The translations under genes and the position numbers were made by a program. A DNA stretch of 64,000 nucleotides from Heptranchias perlo. Its lineage: Eukaryota. The notes under the pieces are model-generated. The model had not been told where the DNA came from and ran no database searches. It worked only from the letters and a program-made list of their open reading frames with translations. The stretch is from NCBI RefSeq assembly GCF_035084215.1, contig NC_090368.1:4340001-4404000 (forward strand). The letters run 5' to 3'. Shown here piece by piece: positions 61,622 to 64,000 of the stretch. Numbering within the stretch: the stretch's first letter is position 1; every line of letters begins with the position of its first letter.

Positions 61622-63277
61622 CTGAAACACAAACGAACACAACACCTAATACAGACTCTCCCCGGAACTCCTCCCTCCCTCCCTCCCCACCCCACCAAAC
61701 CGCACAATTAATTCAATGGCAGCAAAATGCATGGGGGCAGTAAGAGAGTCGCCTGTAAAATACAAAGGCTAGATGCTAACAAAGTGTTTCCTTTCTTGGG
61801 AGGGCTCACAAGAGGCAAGGAGAAATTTCCTTCACGCAGTGGGTTGCTGACGAATGCAATGCTTTGCCGCAGGGAACAGTCGAGGCTGGGACATTGGATC
61901 TTTTAAGGGAAAAAAAAAAATCGGAAAAATATTTGAGGCAGAGGAAGCACGGCCACGGGGAGAGAGCAGGGCAGTGGGATTGCTACAGCACAGAGCCGGC
62001 ACAGGCACAATGGGCCGAATGGCCTCTTTCCGTGCTGCAAACTTTTATCACATTCTGTTGGATCCAGCAAGTACGTGTACACAACAGTCTTTTAAGAAGC
62101 GACTTCAAGAACTGTGATAACTGCAACTGACTCACATTTCCTCCTCCCTTCCACGTTTCACAACTCGCTGCGTTTAAAAAAAAAAATTCTCATCTCCTCT
62201 GGTTCTTCTGCCAATTATCTTAAATCGGAGTCCTCTGTTTACCGACCCTCCTGCAAGCAGGCCTTGCTCTAGTTATAAACAGCATCCCAGCGTTATCCTG
62301 TCACTTGATCTTCCCTGTTAGAAAGTGCCACCATGTGATAACACCACAGAGATTGCAACATTCAGTCAGGGTATCCAAAATATGGAGTGTTCAAATGCCA
62401 CAGCAAGTTGTGAAGCCGAATTCACTAAAGCTGGTCACCAAAAATAGTGACCGTAAAACCTGCCACCCCTACCTGGTCTGGCCGTCATGTGACTTAATAT
62501 CCCTTGTAGTGGCCCAGAACGCCACTCAGTTGTACAAACAACCTCATTGCCTTCTCATGAGCAATAAATGTAGCTTTGTCAGTGTCCCCCGCGAAAAATA
62601 AAAAGACTGGATCCAGCTCAGCTGTGATTAGGACAAGCAACATCCGACAAATCCTGGAGCACAATCTACTCCAAGTACTGTCCTTCTGCATTAACAAGCT
62701 CCAGGGGCAATTTCTCAATGGGATCTGATTTACAGCAAATCATTGCTGCAGTTTATGATGCTTCACCACCCACACTCCCCGTCCCGACTCATACTTCAGC
62801 CGTTACCTTTCAGGCAAGGTGCCGAGGGACTTGTGGAACTGTACCTCGGAAAGGCCACTGCCCTCAGAAGAGGAAGATGAAAATTCACTTTGCTCAGTCT
62901 GGGAGTCACTCAGCCTGCAATGAACACTGCCACAACTTCTTGCATACCTGAGGAGAGCTCAGGAGGCATCTGAACCACAAATCCCAGTGCAGACTTTAAG
63001 ATATTGTGCTAGTGACAGCACATTGCAGAAATAATGTCACAAACACTGGAGATCTGCAAACCACAAACAACTTTTCCCAATGGACCAAACTCCTATTGTA
63101 TTTACAAAAGCGTCAAAACACATCACACGTTAGAGGTCACAATTTGCAACACTTTGTTAAACTTTGTACCAGAGCAATAGTCAGATGACATCCACAAGTG
63201 CATTTACATCGGAAACTTGCAACACTTTCCTCATCACGGTCCGCTGATAACAGCCCCTATTGTTATCAACAGTATAA

Positions 63278-63278
<1 letters not shown>

Positions 63279-63312
<34 letters not shown>

Positions 63313-63361
63313 TACACACACATACATACACACACATACATACACACACATACATACACAC
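63279..63361. repeat. Compound (CA)n/(CATA)n microsatellite
   Basis: Direct observation. Confidence 0.95.
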
Positions 63362-64000
63362 GTGTCTCTCTCTCTAGGAATATGAAACCATGGAATTCCC
63401 CAGGCCCCAGCGATTCCAGTTTGGAAGCCTATGCTGTAATTTAGTGGCTGCGAATATATCAGCTAAAGAATTCCAACCATCAGGATAAACAAAGCTACAA
63501 TCCTGTCAACACCAAAGCGAAAAACACATTTCCACCCCGGCAAGATTTATCAGTCGGTTCAATTTAGCAACGTGCCTCGAAGCTGGGATGTCTTTAGGGC
63601 AGCTGCAGCAACTTGGTATCTTAAACCAACTCACCACATCCAATGGGGAAACGGTCAAACACAATGAAAAGGCAAATCTAGCAAGAACATTTGCTGCCAG
63701 TTTCTTTGTCTGAAGTTTATACAGCAAGTGACATAGAATGGTGGGGGGGGGGCGGGGGGGGGGGGGGGGGAAGAGGAATGTGGATCCTGCTTTTATCCCT
63801 CAACCATCACTAAAAGATTGTCTGGTCATTATCACATTGCTGTTTGTGGGATCCTGCTTTGCACAAATTGGTTGCCGCGCTTCCTACATTACAACAGTGG
63901 TCCTGCAATACAACACGTCCTGAGGTCGCGAAAGGCGCTATATAAATGCTAATTCATTCTTTCTTTATGCTGCTGATAAGCGGGAGCTGCTGCATCATTT

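Noticed and set aside
63181-63237. Second C/D-box-like pair (GTGATGA...CTGA on the minus strand)
   Set aside because: Only 57 nt, no terminal stem, and expected by chance

Overview
Vertebrate genomic DNA whose repeat landscape (CR1 and L2 LINE fragments, tRNA-derived Deu-type SINEs, palindromic Penelope-like remnants) points to a cartilaginous fish (inference). The main feature is the 3' part of UBAP2L on the minus strand. I mapped 20 phase-consistent GT-AG coding exons from 61621 to the stop at 11298 (2620 nt, about 872 aa), with a 3'UTR ending near an AATAAA at 10531-10536. The N-terminal UBA/RGG exons lie beyond the right edge. About 10 kb downstream, across a TE-filled spacer, an unidentified minus-strand coding exon (acceptor at 554-555, Kozak ATG at 495) runs off the left edge and is missed by the ORF track. 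Almost all other listed ORFs are TE fragments, antisense shadows or repeat artefacts. Points worth follow-up: intronic palindromic elements carrying minimal hammerhead-ribozyme cores (one intact with a 12-bp TSD), a cryptic alternative last exon in the UBAP2L 3'UTR, a 1.7-kb 21-bp purine minisatellite with phased A-tracts, a pair of young inverted CR1 copies just past the polyA site, and several template-switch or duplication scars. I found nothing that I can support as a wholly new biological system. Exon boundaries were read by hand; TE boundaries are approximate.
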